From positions 1 through 54,894 of IMG/VR virus record IMGVR_UViG_3300024313_000009: a DNA stretch of 54,894 nucleotides, one strand, 5' to 3'. Under the pieces are notes generated by a model. That model ran no database searches and was not told the origin of the DNA. It was given only the letters and a program-made list of their open reading frames with translations. Below, piece after piece: positions 9,685-19,577 of the stretch. How positions within the stretch are numbered: the stretch's first letter is position 1; each line of letters starts with the position of its first letter. Origin of the DNA: a virus (lineage: Duplodnaviria; Caudoviricetes). A program made the translations under genes and the position numbers.

Positions 9685-10857
9685 ATGAACGAACAAGAAA
9701 TCACCATCCAATTAAGTGATGATCCATTTGACACTAAAGTAATTAAAGTTAAAGTACCTAAGGGAACTAAGTTAATGTCAACCGAGGCATATTCTGCTGA
9801 TGTGTTGGATATGTATGATATGAGCGATGAAGATGCTAAAAAGCTTCAAATGTCAGAAGAGAATAATAATTATATTACTCAAGCCGAGATTGCTTATATT
9901 AAAAAAGAAATACAAATTGTTGAAGGTGAAGAAAGAGAGGTCAAAACAGAGGCACTGGTTGACATATCTAGAAAAAATACAGCTGTATGTATTTTATCAA
10001 AAGAAGATCCGGATATAGTAGAACAATTAGAGGTTGGGATGATAGTAGATATTAAAGTTAAACATTCTAAACAAGGTACCTTATATGCTTCTATTAGTGA
10101 TGCATTAGACGAAGTTAAACGTAATGAAATTTATAATGCCATTGGAAATAAAACTATTGGGTTTACTGGTAAAGTAAAAGAACTTATTCATGGTGGTTAC
10201 TGGGTAGAAGTAGGCGGTGTTGAATGTTTTATGCCAGGTTCATTAGGCGGTTTAAATAAACTGCATAACTTTGAAAAATTAGTAGGTAAAGAAATTATCG
10301 TTATGCCTATAACTTATTCTAATGAAAAACAAACCATTGTCGTTTCCCATAGAGAATATCTAAGAACTATGATACCTTCTGCTGTGGAAAATCTTAGAGA
10401 AAATATTAAAGAGCATGTAACTGGGTTTGTTACAGGTGCAACTAAATTTGGTATATTTGCTGAATTTAACGATTGCTTAACCGGATTAATTCCTAAAAAT
10501 GAATTAGATGAATCTACATTAGAGAAGTTTAATAATAGAGATATTAAACCAGGTGATGAAATTGATTTTTGGACTAAAGAAATAATTTCGGAAAGAAAAA
10601 TAATACTTAGCCAAACCGGACCTAAGATAGATTTATGGGATGGTGCTGATGAGAAATACAAACCTATGATGGTCACTGAAGGTAAAGTTACTAAAGTTAC
10701 TAAGTATGGCGCATTTGTCGAATTAGAAAAAGGTATCAGTGGTCTTATTCATAAAACTAAACTTAAGAATACTGAACTTACAAAAGGCGACCTTGTAAAT
10801 ATTAAAATTGGTAGTGTGAATGTTAGTGATCGCAAGATTACAATGAACTTAGTATAA
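9685..10857 (+). CDS. rpsA: Phage-encoded ribosomal protein S1 homologue (about four S1/OB domains)
   Basis: Tandem S1 repeats: GKVKELIHGGYWVEVGGVECFMPGS (D2-like), GFVTGATKFGIFAEF..LTGLIPKNEL, and GKVTKVTKYGAFVELEKGISGLIH, plus a degenerate D1-like domain. Confidence 0.9.
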   Translation: MNEQEITIQLSDDPFDTKVIKVKVPKGTKLMSTEAYSADVLDMYDMSDEDAKKLQMSEENNNYITQAEIAYIKKEIQIVEGEEREVKTEALVDISRKNTAVCILSKEDPDIVEQLEVGMIVDIKVKHSKQGTLYASISDALDEVKRNEIYNAIGNKTIGFTGKVKELIHGGYWVEVGGVECFMPGSLGGLNKLHNFEKLVGKEIIVMPITYSNEKQTIVVSHREYLRTMIPSAVENLRENIKEHVTGFVTGATKFGIFAEFNDCLTGLIPKNELDESTLEKFNNRDIKPGDEIDFWTKEIISERKIILSQTGPKIDLWDGADEKYKPMMVTEGKVTKVTKYGAFVELEKGISGLIHKTKLKNTELTKGDLVNIKIGSVNVSDRKITMNLV

Positions 10858-10862
10858 CATCC

Positions 10863-10895
10863 ATCCTGGTTTGGAATATATAAACAAATCAGGAT
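10863..10895 (+). promoter_or_regulatory. 11-bp hairpin whose loop is the late-promoter motif GAATATATAAA; 3' arm abuts the amidoligase start
   Basis: ATCCTGGTTTG (10863-10873) pairs with CAAATCAGGAT (10885-10895) with one G-U; ATG at 10900. Confidence 0.7.
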
Positions 10896-10899
10896 AAAT

Positions 10900-12198
10900 A
10901 TGTATTCTAACGAACAACTAAATGCTATACATTCTTCAAAGATAGGTTTTGAATTTGAGTTCTTTTCAAACGAAAACCTTGATCTTACTAAAGATAGTTT
11001 AGCACAAACCTTAAACAAGTCAATTAGAGTAGAAGAAAAAGCACATAGTGACTTTATACCTACTCAAGATATTTTTAAATTAGAACCAGATAACTCCGGT
11101 GGTACTGGAATGATTGAGTTAGTAACCGGTCCACTACCTTTTGTTGAAGCCAAATTAGTTATGGCTAAAACTTTAAAATGGATTAGAGAAAACGGTAAGA
11201 CTAATGAAAGATGCTCTATTCATATAAACATTGCGTTTGATGGAAAAAAGTTAGGACCTATTGTTAATATGTCAAAATTAGACGTAGGTAAATTTGTACT
11301 TAACTTTGATGAAAACAAAGTATATGAAGCCTTCCCAAACAGAAGAGATTCTGTTTATGCAAAATCTATAAAGTTTATTGTACCTTTAAGTGGTATGACT
11401 CAACCTTCACCAGAAAAAAATCTTTGGAAAAACTATATGTTTGTCAAAGAGAAGTATTATGGTATTAATTTTGAAAAGCTACAAAAAGGTTATATTGAAT
11501 TTAGATATCTTGGTGGTGCTGATTATGAAAAGAGGTATTCTACAATACTTTCAATGACCGAACATTTTATTACTTCATTATATGAAACTTTAGTTAACCC
11601 AAAATATAATGAATCTGATTTAAAGGTTTTGGATAAGATTTTAGAAAAGCATAAAACTGTTATTGAATCTTACCGAACATATTCTTCATTTAAAGAAAAA
11701 TTTCCTAATGTTCATTTAATGGTTGATCTTCAAACATATGATCAGCTTATTGAAATGTATTACCCTAAAATTAGAGAAAAGATTTTTGATTTAATTACTA
11801 GGGCTGATATGAATGAAGGTTTAATCAATTACGATAGTGATACCGGTAGAATTCAGATTAAAGATGCTAAGTTAATGAGATGTTTTGAAATAAACGGTGT
11901 TGATATTGTTGATTCAGTTATCCAAGGAAATATAGTTAATTGTGATATCTTTGGTTGTGACCTTAAAAACGCGTCAGTATTTGAATCTAATTTATTTGGG
12001 GCTACTATAGCCGAAGATTGCAAAATAGAAGAATCATATGTTAGTAGAAATGTAATATGTGAAGATAGTTATGTATTTGGTAAAAGAGGCGTTTTTAGTG
12101 GTGAAATGGTTGGTGGTATTTTTAGACAAGGTAGAGCAACAGGGCTTGCGAGGTTTAGTGATAAAACTGAAGTAATTGAAATAGAAAAAATTAAATAA
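10900..12198 (+). CDS. Putative amidoligase (COOH-NH2 ligase, Amidoligase_2-like) with C-terminal beta-helix-like repeats
   Basis: Motifs in family order: IGFEFEF, EPDNS, IELVTGP, CSIHINI, KYYGIN, IEFRYLGG. The C-terminus has repeating I/V-x-D/N-S/C units. Confidence 0.8.
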   Translation: MYSNEQLNAIHSSKIGFEFEFFSNENLDLTKDSLAQTLNKSIRVEEKAHSDFIPTQDIFKLEPDNSGGTGMIELVTGPLPFVEAKLVMAKTLKWIRENGKTNERCSIHINIAFDGKKLGPIVNMSKLDVGKFVLNFDENKVYEAFPNRRDSVYAKSIKFIVPLSGMTQPSPEKNLWKNYMFVKEKYYGINFEKLQKGYIEFRYLGGADYEKRYSTILSMTEHFITSLYETLVNPKYNESDLKVLDKILEKHKTVIESYRTYSSFKEKFPNVHLMVDLQTYDQLIEMYYPKIREKIFDLITRADMNEGLINYDSDTGRIQIKDAKLMRCFEINGVDIVDSVIQGNIVNCDIFGCDLKNASVFESNLFGATIAEDCKIEESYVSRNVICEDSYVFGKRGVFSGEMVGGIFRQGRATGLARFSDKTEVIEIEKIK

Positions 12199-12202
12199 AG
12201 AT

Positions 12203-13054
12203 ATGTCAAATAAAAGTTGGTGTAACCCAGATTCACAGGAATGCTTAGACGCGCTAATCAAAGAAATTAATGATGACTTAACAGTAGGTTGCCAAATACC
12301 TTTTACAGTACCTAAAAAAGAGTTGGCTCATATTATTAATAGAGCCAAAGATTATTTTTATAAAATATATGAAGATAGTGTAGAAGAAATGTATATTGCA
12401 TTACCTAAGTCTGCTTGGTATGAAAAAGATTTTAGGCAAGGCGTTAGTCATAGTAACGGTAGTAATAAATTAACAGAGAAGGATGTAAACAATCCTAGGG
12501 GTGTTGTAAAAATGCCTTCAACCGTTTGGGCAGTTAATAATGTATTTCAAATAAATGGATTCTCTGGTGAAGATGGTGGCTTTGGTGATAACTCATTTTC
12601 TGCAGGTGATCCGGATTTTTCATTAGATAAGTTTATTTACTCTGATGTGTATGGTGCTGGTATTGGATCCGAAGAATTAATGTACTATGTAATTAATTCT
12701 AAATTTATAGATAATGCAAGACAAGTTTTACAGGCTCAGATATCATACAATTATAATAGACTAACTAAAAAGTTTAGATTTATGGGGGAGTTACCAAATA
12801 AAGGTGCATGCATATTTCAGGTTTATAATACTATTCCTGATTGTGATCTTTTTCAAGATGAGGCTTTTATAAGATACTGTATAGGTATGGCTAAAATACA
12901 ATTATCTAGAATATTAGGTACATTTCAATTTAACTTACCTGGTAATATTACTATTAATTATGATTTGATATCTAGTGAGGGTAGAGAAGAAGTTGATGCT
13001 ATCGTTGAAGAAATAAAAGGTGATGAAGGTGTTGATTATTTTTTCACAGGATAA
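12203..13054 (+). CDS. Neck protein, T4 gp13-like
   Basis: YNYNRLTKKF and AKIQLSRILGTFQFNLPGNITINYD match the gp13 C-terminal LPGGVTxN pattern. Confidence 0.75.
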   Translation: MSNKSWCNPDSQECLDALIKEINDDLTVGCQIPFTVPKKELAHIINRAKDYFYKIYEDSVEEMYIALPKSAWYEKDFRQGVSHSNGSNKLTEKDVNNPRGVVKMPSTVWAVNNVFQINGFSGEDGGFGDNSFSAGDPDFSLDKFIYSDVYGAGIGSEELMYYVINSKFIDNARQVLQAQISYNYNRLTKKFRFMGELPNKGACIFQVYNTIPDCDLFQDEAFIRYCIGMAKIQLSRILGTFQFNLPGNITINYDLISSEGREEVDAIVEEIKGDEGVDYFFTG

Positions 13055-13083
13055 TTTATAATCTAAGACCCTCAAAAAATGTA

Positions 13084-13110
13084 GAGAATATATAATAAAA
13101 GAATATTCTC
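13084..13110 (+). promoter_or_regulatory. 8-bp hairpin overlapping the late motif GAATATATAA and ending 1 nt before the gp25-like start codon
   Basis: GAGAATAT (13084-13091) pairs with ATATTCTC (13103-13110); motif at 13086-13095; ATG at 13112. Confidence 0.6.
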
Positions 13111-13111
13111 C

Positions 13112-13477
13112 ATGATTAAAGAAATATACAGTAGAGACATAGATGCACCGAAGTACAATGATGACGTCATTGAGGTGACTGATCAATTACAACAGCTTAT
13201 CCTTAAGATAGAGAATTGTTTGTTTACAAGACAAGGTGATGTACTAGGTTCTCCTAATATGGGATGTAATTTAGATGATCTTGTCTTTTCTTTAGTTTTA
13301 AATGAATCTGTTATTTCACAAAAGATAAGTAGTCAGATTCAAACATATTGCTTAAATAGCAGCAGTTCACAGTTTGGAATTGATGTAAGAGTTCAATTTT
13401 TTAGTGTGACAGAGCGAAACGGTTGTTTGGTTGATATTTATGTAAATGAACAAAGGGTCATTGGGGCTTTGTTTTAA
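13112..13477 (+). CDS. Baseplate wedge/sheath initiator, gp25-like
   Basis: LFTRQGDVLGSPNMGCNLDDLVF matches the gp25/GPW motif (T..GE....P.FG..L...LF). Confidence 0.8.
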   Translation: MIKEIYSRDIDAPKYNDDVIEVTDQLQQLILKIENCLFTRQGDVLGSPNMGCNLDDLVFSLVLNESVISQKISSQIQTYCLNSSSSQFGIDVRVQFFSVTERNGCLVDIYVNEQRVIGALF

Positions 13478-13496
13478 AATAAAAATAAAATAGTTA

Positions 13497-15353
13497 ATGT
13501 CATTTTTCAGTAAAACAAGAATAAAAGCAACAGAGTTATTTTTTGATGCTTTTCAATATTTACAGCGCCAGTATGATCAAGCCGGTGAAGTGTTTACGCC
13601 TGCATCACCATTTGGGCAAATTCTTACCGTGGTTGCCAACTTAGGGGAACTTATTTTATTTTACATTGAAGCGGTTGGGACAGAGCTTAACATTAGCAGA
13701 GCAAGAAATATAGAATCAATATACGGTTTATCAAGACTAACTGGGCATGATCCTACTAGAGGAATATCTGCGCAAGGTATAATTGGACTAAGATTAAATA
13801 CATCTGCAGCCACATTAGTTGAAGGCGACTTTGTACAAATATTAAATTATGCTGAGCTAGAAATTGGACAAAATGGTCTAAGTTATTTTATTAAGTTTGA
13901 TAGTGATTATATAAGATTAGAAAAAACAACAAGGTCATTTGTTAATGTTCAATTAATACAAGGTATAATTGAAGATCAAAAATTTACCGGAACTGGTGAA
14001 CCTTTACAAAGCTACAATTTAACTACCAAAGACCCAACAGATCAATATATGGTTGATGTACATGTAGATGGTAAATTATGGAAAAATGTTAATTCTTTAT
14101 ATGACATGAATAATGGCGAAGAATGTGTTATGATAAAAACTAGTGTTAATGGTGGCTTAACTTGTTTCTTTGGAAATAATCAATTTGGCCAACCTCCTGC
14201 ATTAGGATCTATAATAAAAGTTACTTATGTAAAGACCAGAGGATCTGCTGGTAATATTGGTGGAAAGAATTTAGATATGAAATTTAAAACCCCAGGAACA
14301 GATTCTACAGGAGAAGAAATAGATCTTAATGAAGTGTTATCTTTAAACATTGTTCGTAATCCTATATTTGGTTCAGATAGCGAAGACCCTACATTTACAA
14401 GGTTAATTGCGCCATACCAAAGTAATTCATTTGTATTAGCTAATCCTAATAATTATATTTACTATCTAAGTAAGTATGATTACTTTTCTTTTGTAGACGC
14501 ATATAATACAAAGGATGATCAATATTTAGATGATGACAATATTATATACTTATTTTTAATACCGGATATTGCTAAAAAGATAACAAGTGATAAAGATTAT
14601 TTTAGTGTTCCTGTAGATGAATTCTCAATGACACCTGACGAAAAAGAAATGGTATATGAAATTCTAAATGAAAGTGGCCGACAGATAGTTACTGCTGAAG
14701 TTAGAATTAATGATCCTATAATTAAAAGGTATGCATTAAATATTGTTTTGAGATATGTTGAAGGATTTGATAAAGATGAAATTCATGCATCCATTAGAGA
14801 ACAACTTAGTACTTATTTTATATACATAAACAGGAGAGATAGAATTCCAAGATCCGACTTAATTTCAATTATTGAAAACGTAGATGGTGTAGATTCTGTT
14901 AATGTATTTTTTATATCCGAAGCTAATGAAAAGGCTATGGCCGATGGGTTTTATGAAATTCCTGTTTATGGCACAGATCCTGTAACAGATCAAAAAGTAT
15001 TAATAGAAACCAAGAAGGTAATGCTTAAAGGTGATGAGGATCCTCAAATAGGATTAGATGAATTTGGTGATGTAATTATTGGCCCTGAAGATTTGGCTAT
15101 TATAAGAGGTGGTTGGGATGATAGGAATGGAACTTTTTATGAAAGCATACCTAATAAGAATACAATAAGTTCTCTTAATATTTTCTTTAAAGGTACTATT
15201 CCAAATAACCTTTATAATAAAACTCAACAGTCTAAGTTTCAAGATTTAAAAAGAACTAGAGGAACAACTATTGCAACATCAGGAAACTCAAGAAGTACAA
15301 ATACTGGAAGGTTAAAAGATAACCCTACATTAAAAGCAATACAAGGAAAGTAA
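13497..15353 (+). CDS. Baseplate wedge protein, gp6-like
   Basis: ELNISRARNIESIYGLSRLTGHDP, FFGNNQFGQPP and YVKTRGSAGN are gp6 signatures; follows gp25. Confidence 0.85.
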   Translation: MSFFSKTRIKATELFFDAFQYLQRQYDQAGEVFTPASPFGQILTVVANLGELILFYIEAVGTELNISRARNIESIYGLSRLTGHDPTRGISAQGIIGLRLNTSAATLVEGDFVQILNYAELEIGQNGLSYFIKFDSDYIRLEKTTRSFVNVQLIQGIIEDQKFTGTGEPLQSYNLTTKDPTDQYMVDVHVDGKLWKNVNSLYDMNNGEECVMIKTSVNGGLTCFFGNNQFGQPPALGSIIKVTYVKTRGSAGNIGGKNLDMKFKTPGTDSTGEEIDLNEVLSLNIVRNPIFGSDSEDPTFTRLIAPYQSNSFVLANPNNYIYYLSKYDYFSFVDAYNTKDDQYLDDDNIIYLFLIPDIAKKITSDKDYFSVPVDEFSMTPDEKEMVYEILNESGRQIVTAEVRINDPIIKRYALNIVLRYVEGFDKDEIHASIREQLSTYFIYINRRDRIPRSDLISIIENVDGVDSVNVFFISEANEKAMADGFYEIPVYGTDPVTDQKVLIETKKVMLKGDEDPQIGLDEFGDVIIGPEDLAIIRGGWDDRNGTFYESIPNKNTISSLNIFFKGTIPNNLYNKTQQSKFQDLKRTRGTTIATSGNSRSTNTGRLKDNPTLKAIQGK

Positions 15354-15354
15354 T

Positions 15355-15624
15355 ATGAATAAATTTACAGAAAAAAGAAAAGGTATGCCTAGTGTTTATA
15401 AAGCAACATACGAAGAAGGATGGGAATTAAAAAACTTAGGTAATGACTATAATGAAAATTTAATGAGAAATTCATTTTCAAATTATATGTTCAGAAACGA
15501 GAGACTCTCAACCTTTTTAGATTCTTACTTAAAACCAATTATGACATTTTGGATTAATAAAGTAAAATATCTTAGAATTTATTATAACTTCGGTGTACCT
15601 AAAGATTACCAAAAAATAAATTAA
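15355..15624 (+). CDS. Small baseplate-region protein
   Basis: 89 aa, packed 1 nt from each neighbour. Confidence 0.7.
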   Translation: MNKFTEKRKGMPSVYKATYEEGWELKNLGNDYNENLMRNSFSNYMFRNERLSTFLDSYLKPIMTFWINKVKYLRIYYNFGVPKDYQKIN

Positions 15625-15625
15625 G

Positions 15626-18600
15626 ATGGCTAACAATTGGCAACATTTAAATTTCTTTGACAAGAACGGTAAGTATTACAATTTTGATTATGATACTTCT
15701 GCTGATAAGTGGTCAGGTACGGTTTACTTACCTGAAGTTTCTATCGGCCTGTTTGAAGTTGGTCAACTATTTATATTAGAGGAATTTATTGATAAAGATA
15801 CGAATATAAAAAAATTCGGTTTCCCACATGGGATAGAAGTTGTAACAGGAACTAGTGGATCTACCAATGGGATTTGTAATTGGGTTGCTGAATGGCAAAC
15901 ATCCGATCCTACTGAAATATTCTTATTTCAATTTAACATGGATTTTAATAGTGGAACACAAACATCTCTAGAAATAGAACCAGATGGACCACCATTAGAA
16001 ATCATATCAGAATTAGAAATACCTTTAGACTCAGATCCTAGTGAAACGGTTAGCCCAGAAGGTTATACGATTACCAATAAGATTACATCCGAAGCTTTAC
16101 AGGTTAATTTTGCGATTAGGTCAGAATCTGAGAATACATTTAAAAGAACTTTGTTAATTAAAGATGACTGCACAGGTAATGTTATTGCTGAGATTTTAGT
16201 ATGGGGAGAAACTGTTGGTGAAGATGAACGGTTAAAAGTTATGACCGAGAATATGGGTTATAATATTTTAGAGTCTGACAGTATGGTATTTAGAGATACA
16301 AATATAAAAGAGCTATTACCTGATTTTGAAACTGTGAATTTAAAGAGAAAGGAAATAATGTTAGAAGGATCTAATATTTATCCTTGGATAGGTTCGTATA
16401 AAGGTCTAATAAATGCTATTAAGTTTTTCGGATATGATACTTTGCAAGTGAAGGAGTTTTGGAAAAATGTAGATGCTAATTCCCCACAATTTGGAAAGTA
16501 TATACAAAGTAATAATATTGCTTTATTTGATCCTACTGTTCAATTTAACGATAAGTCAATTACACTTCCTAATAAAAGGTTTAGAAAAACTAGTTTATTC
16601 AGTTTAGTTTATAGAATCAATGAGATTGTACCAGACAGTTATGACTCTGAAGATTTACCTTTAACTGAAGAGAATTTTGATTTTACTATTGAAGAAATTT
16701 TAATTAAGTTATTTGGATTAAAGAAAAAATTAGAAAATGAATTTTTACCACTTAATGCCAGAATAAAAGATATAACAGGTGAAGCTGATTTTTTCGGTTT
16801 ATTGGAGGTTACAAATACATTAAGTAGAAATGATAAGGCAGAAATTGTAGCAGGAATAGATACTAGTTTTAAGTTGTCAACCGATGATTGTATTTATATG
16901 GAAGATCTTAGGTCTTTTAGTTCTTTTTGTGTATCATCCGAAGCTATAGTTAATCAAGCAATAGTCAATTACTGTAATGCATATATAGCACCACTAACAA
17001 CAGGTATTGGTATTGGTCGTAATTTAGTTGCAGGACCTATCACAGCCAGCACTATTTACCCACCGCCTCCAATTGGCCCAGATTTAAATGGAATTTATGG
17101 ATTACCTTTTGATGGTGGTAATGCAACGATAAATGATTTGGCTGATGCGTTTCTTGCATATTTTACAAGGTACTCGCCTGATCTTAAAAAGGTTGGTGCT
17201 TGGCCTGATGGTGAGTCATCTTATTATTTGCCAGATAAACCAGGTATTCCTGTTGGTGCTATGACAGTATTAGAAAACGATTCATTTAATAATATAACTT
17301 GGGATAATGTAGATTCAACATGGAATCAATTAAATGATGCTAATACCTTCTTTACTTTTGATATTGACCCACAAGGTGTGAATCCTGGTGATGTATTTAT
17401 TGTTAATGATCCGGATTCAAATACAGGTGCAACATACACTGCTATGGTTGGTGACACTGATACCGATGTGGTTAATGCTTTATTTAATCAATTAAAAACT
17501 CTTAAAGTTTCATTTATTGATCCTTGGGTATATTGGGATATTAGTAAAGAGAATGTTGTAACTGGGGACGTTGTTAGAATATTTGGACAAAATGTAGATA
17601 GATTAAAAGTTTCTTGTCAATCAGCGTTTGGTTCAGAACTTCTTTTTAATCAGCAGCCTGGAGAAACTTTATTTACATGGGACGGTATTGAAAGAGGAAA
17701 CTTTGATGAAATTGAATGGACTATTTATAAGGAAGAGACCGATATATCACCATCATATTATAAGGTATTCAGAGGACCTCTATCACAATATAATAAGTTG
17801 CCAATAATACTACCGTATGTTGGAACATATAGTGTTGAAATGAAGCTATTTGATTTATATAACAATATTTCATCTAACGTTAAACCTGATTTTATTTGTG
17901 TAGAGAGTAGAGAGGTTGAATATTCTGGGTGGTACCAATCAAGAAAGTTAAACTATAGTTGGAATAGTGAATCAAAATATATTTGGAATGATTATGGTTC
18001 ATTATGGGATTTGCCAATTACACCTGAAATTACATGGGATCAAGAAACTCCAAGTTTATATGAATCTCTTGATAGGGTAAATGCAATTTTAAATAACTTC
18101 GGTTTAGGTACATCTCCAAATTTTCAACTCTTAAACTATCAAGATGACGGTAAAGCTAGTTTTTCTGGTCCATATAGATGGGATAATTTAAATAGCGGTG
18201 GCTGGGATGACACTTATCACTTGTGGTGGGACATGACTAGTACGACTGGTGATACTCCAGCATTTTTCCAATTCAAAGAAGTTGTCCCTGAAACATATTT
18301 AAGAATAACAGACGTTCATGGAATTACCGCTGAGCATTATTTTGATTTAAGCATAACGACTTTAGCTCAAGCCGCATCCAGTTTAAATGTCAGCACAAAC
18401 AAAATTATTAATAAGTATGTTTATAATGTTGTTTATGATGCATCCAGTAATCAGAAGTTTATACAAGCAGTATGTAGATATTTTGGGGTTCATGGTGATT
18501 GGGAGTTTATTGATATGGTATATGCCAATGGTGATAGAGTATGCCCATCAGGTGTAACTGGTTCGCCTTTCCCAACAGGATTTACCGGTTGCCCTAGTTT

Positions 18601-18913
18601 AATTTATAGAAAAGGTTTGCATAAAGCAAGCAACCCAACATGGAACACCGCTAAATTTATAAATAATGGGAAAACATTACCTAAAATGAGTTGGCTTATG
18701 TTTGTGTATGATAAATGTAAGATTCCTGGTAAAGGTAATCCTAGATGGATAATTAAGAATACAACTAACTCTAAGATGGCTGATATATATTTTGAGAGTA
18801 AATACTTAACTTATCTGTTTAAGGAATCTGGTAAATACGAGATCACTCTTGAACTTACAGATACGAATGGGAATAAATATAAAAAGGGAAGAAATATCCT
18901 AGTAATAAAATAG
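15626..18913 (+). CDS. Large baseplate wedge protein (gp7-like) with PKD/Ig-like domains and Trp-rich repeats
   Basis: IGSYKGLINAIKFFGY resembles the gp7/tail I motif; GTYSVEMKLFD and GKYEITLELTD are PKD-like strands. Confidence 0.6.
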   Translation: MANNWQHLNFFDKNGKYYNFDYDTSADKWSGTVYLPEVSIGLFEVGQLFILEEFIDKDTNIKKFGFPHGIEVVTGTSGSTNGICNWVAEWQTSDPTEIFLFQFNMDFNSGTQTSLEIEPDGPPLEIISELEIPLDSDPSETVSPEGYTITNKITSEALQVNFAIRSESENTFKRTLLIKDDCTGNVIAEILVWGETVGEDERLKVMTENMGYNILESDSMVFRDTNIKELLPDFETVNLKRKEIMLEGSNIYPWIGSYKGLINAIKFFGYDTLQVKEFWKNVDANSPQFGKYIQSNNIALFDPTVQFNDKSITLPNKRFRKTSLFSLVYRINEIVPDSYDSEDLPLTEENFDFTIEEILIKLFGLKKKLENEFLPLNARIKDITGEADFFGLLEVTNTLSRNDKAEIVAGIDTSFKLSTDDCIYMEDLRSFSSFCVSSEAIVNQAIVNYCNAYIAPLTTGIGIGRNLVAGPITASTIYPPPPIGPDLNGIYGLPFDGGNATINDLADAFLAYFTRYSPDLKKVGAWPDGESSYYLPDKPGIPVGAMTVLENDSFNNITWDNVDSTWNQLNDANTFFTFDIDPQGVNPGDVFIVNDPDSNTGATYTAMVGDTDTDVVNALFNQLKTLKVSFIDPWVYWDISKENVVTGDVVRIFGQNVDRLKVSCQSAFGSELLFNQQPGETLFTWDGIERGNFDEIEWTIYKEETDISPSYYKVFRGPLSQYNKLPIILPYVGTYSVEMKLFDLYNNISSNVKPDFICVESREVEYSGWYQSRKLNYSWNSESKYIWNDYGSLWDLPITPEITWDQETPSLYESLDRVNAILNNFGLGTSPNFQLLNYQDDGKASFSGPYRWDNLNSGGWDDTYHLWWDMTSTTGDTPAFFQFKEVVPETYLRITDVHGITAEHYFDLSITTLAQAASSLNVSTNKIINKYVYNVVYDASSNQKFIQAVCRYFGVHGDWEFIDMVYANGDRVCPSGVTGSPFPTGFTGCPSLIYRKGLHKASNPTWNTAKFINNGKTLPKMSWLMFVYDKCKIPGKGNPRWIIKNTTNSKMADIYFESKYLTYLFKESGKYEITLELTDTNGNKYKKGRNILVIK

Positions 18914-18920
18914 AAAAGAA

Positions 18921-19559
18921 ATGGCAATTAGCGTAACAGAAATTCTTGGAACAGATTCATTATCCGGATCCAGGCTTGTATTGAACGATAACTTCAATAT
19001 TTTGACCAGCGAAATTAATGCAATGGAGGTTTACTTTAACCCTACGGCTGGTACTATAACTAATCTTAACGATTTAAAAACAGAATCATTAAGAGTAGGT
19101 TTAAGTACTATCTTATTAGATGTTAATGCTTCCACATTTGATGTTTTAACAAACGTCAACATGACAGGTAATCTAAACTTAAATGGTGGTGGATTATTTA
19201 GAAACGACGTAGATCCACAAACCTTAAACGATACATTTGCAGGTGGATCACCAATCCCAATTGGGACTAGCACCGCAGTACCACCTTACACAGTAGAGCG
19301 TGTAGGAAACAGTTCAGGTACTACTGTAACCATTCAATTAAATGATGGTTCAATAGGCCAAGAAATATTCTTTGTTTATTCAGAGGCACAAACTGGTATT
19401 GTGGAAATAGGCGGGGCTGTAAATCCTATTGTTTTAGATGGGGGTAATAAAGTTCAATTAGCTGCACAAGGACAGTCGGTCCATTTATTATGTGTTGATA
19501 ATGGTACAGGAAATGGTGACTGGTATTTAGTAGGTGGTAAATATTCTGCAATAGTTTAA
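18921..19559 (+). CDS. Baseplate/fibre-attachment protein with gp9/gp10-like N-terminus
   Basis: DSLSGSRLVLNDNFNIL resembles the D.LR...KIN.NF N-terminal motif. Confidence 0.55.
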   Translation: MAISVTEILGTDSLSGSRLVLNDNFNILTSEINAMEVYFNPTAGTITNLNDLKTESLRVGLSTILLDVNASTFDVLTNVNMTGNLNLNGGGLFRNDVDPQTLNDTFAGGSPIPIGTSTAVPPYTVERVGNSSGTTVTIQLNDGSIGQEIFFVYSEAQTGIVEIGGAVNPIVLDGGNKVQLAAQGQSVHLLCVDNGTGNGDWYLVGGKYSAIV

Positions 19560-19577
19560 TAAAAAGAAAAGAGATAC

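Noticed and set aside
9685-10857. S1 and GroES as evidence of bacterial chromosomal sequence or chimeric assembly
   Set aside because: Both share the composition of their neighbours, sit among phage genes and lack bacterial operon partners (cmk/ihfB, groEL); S1 also carries the phage promoter motifs.
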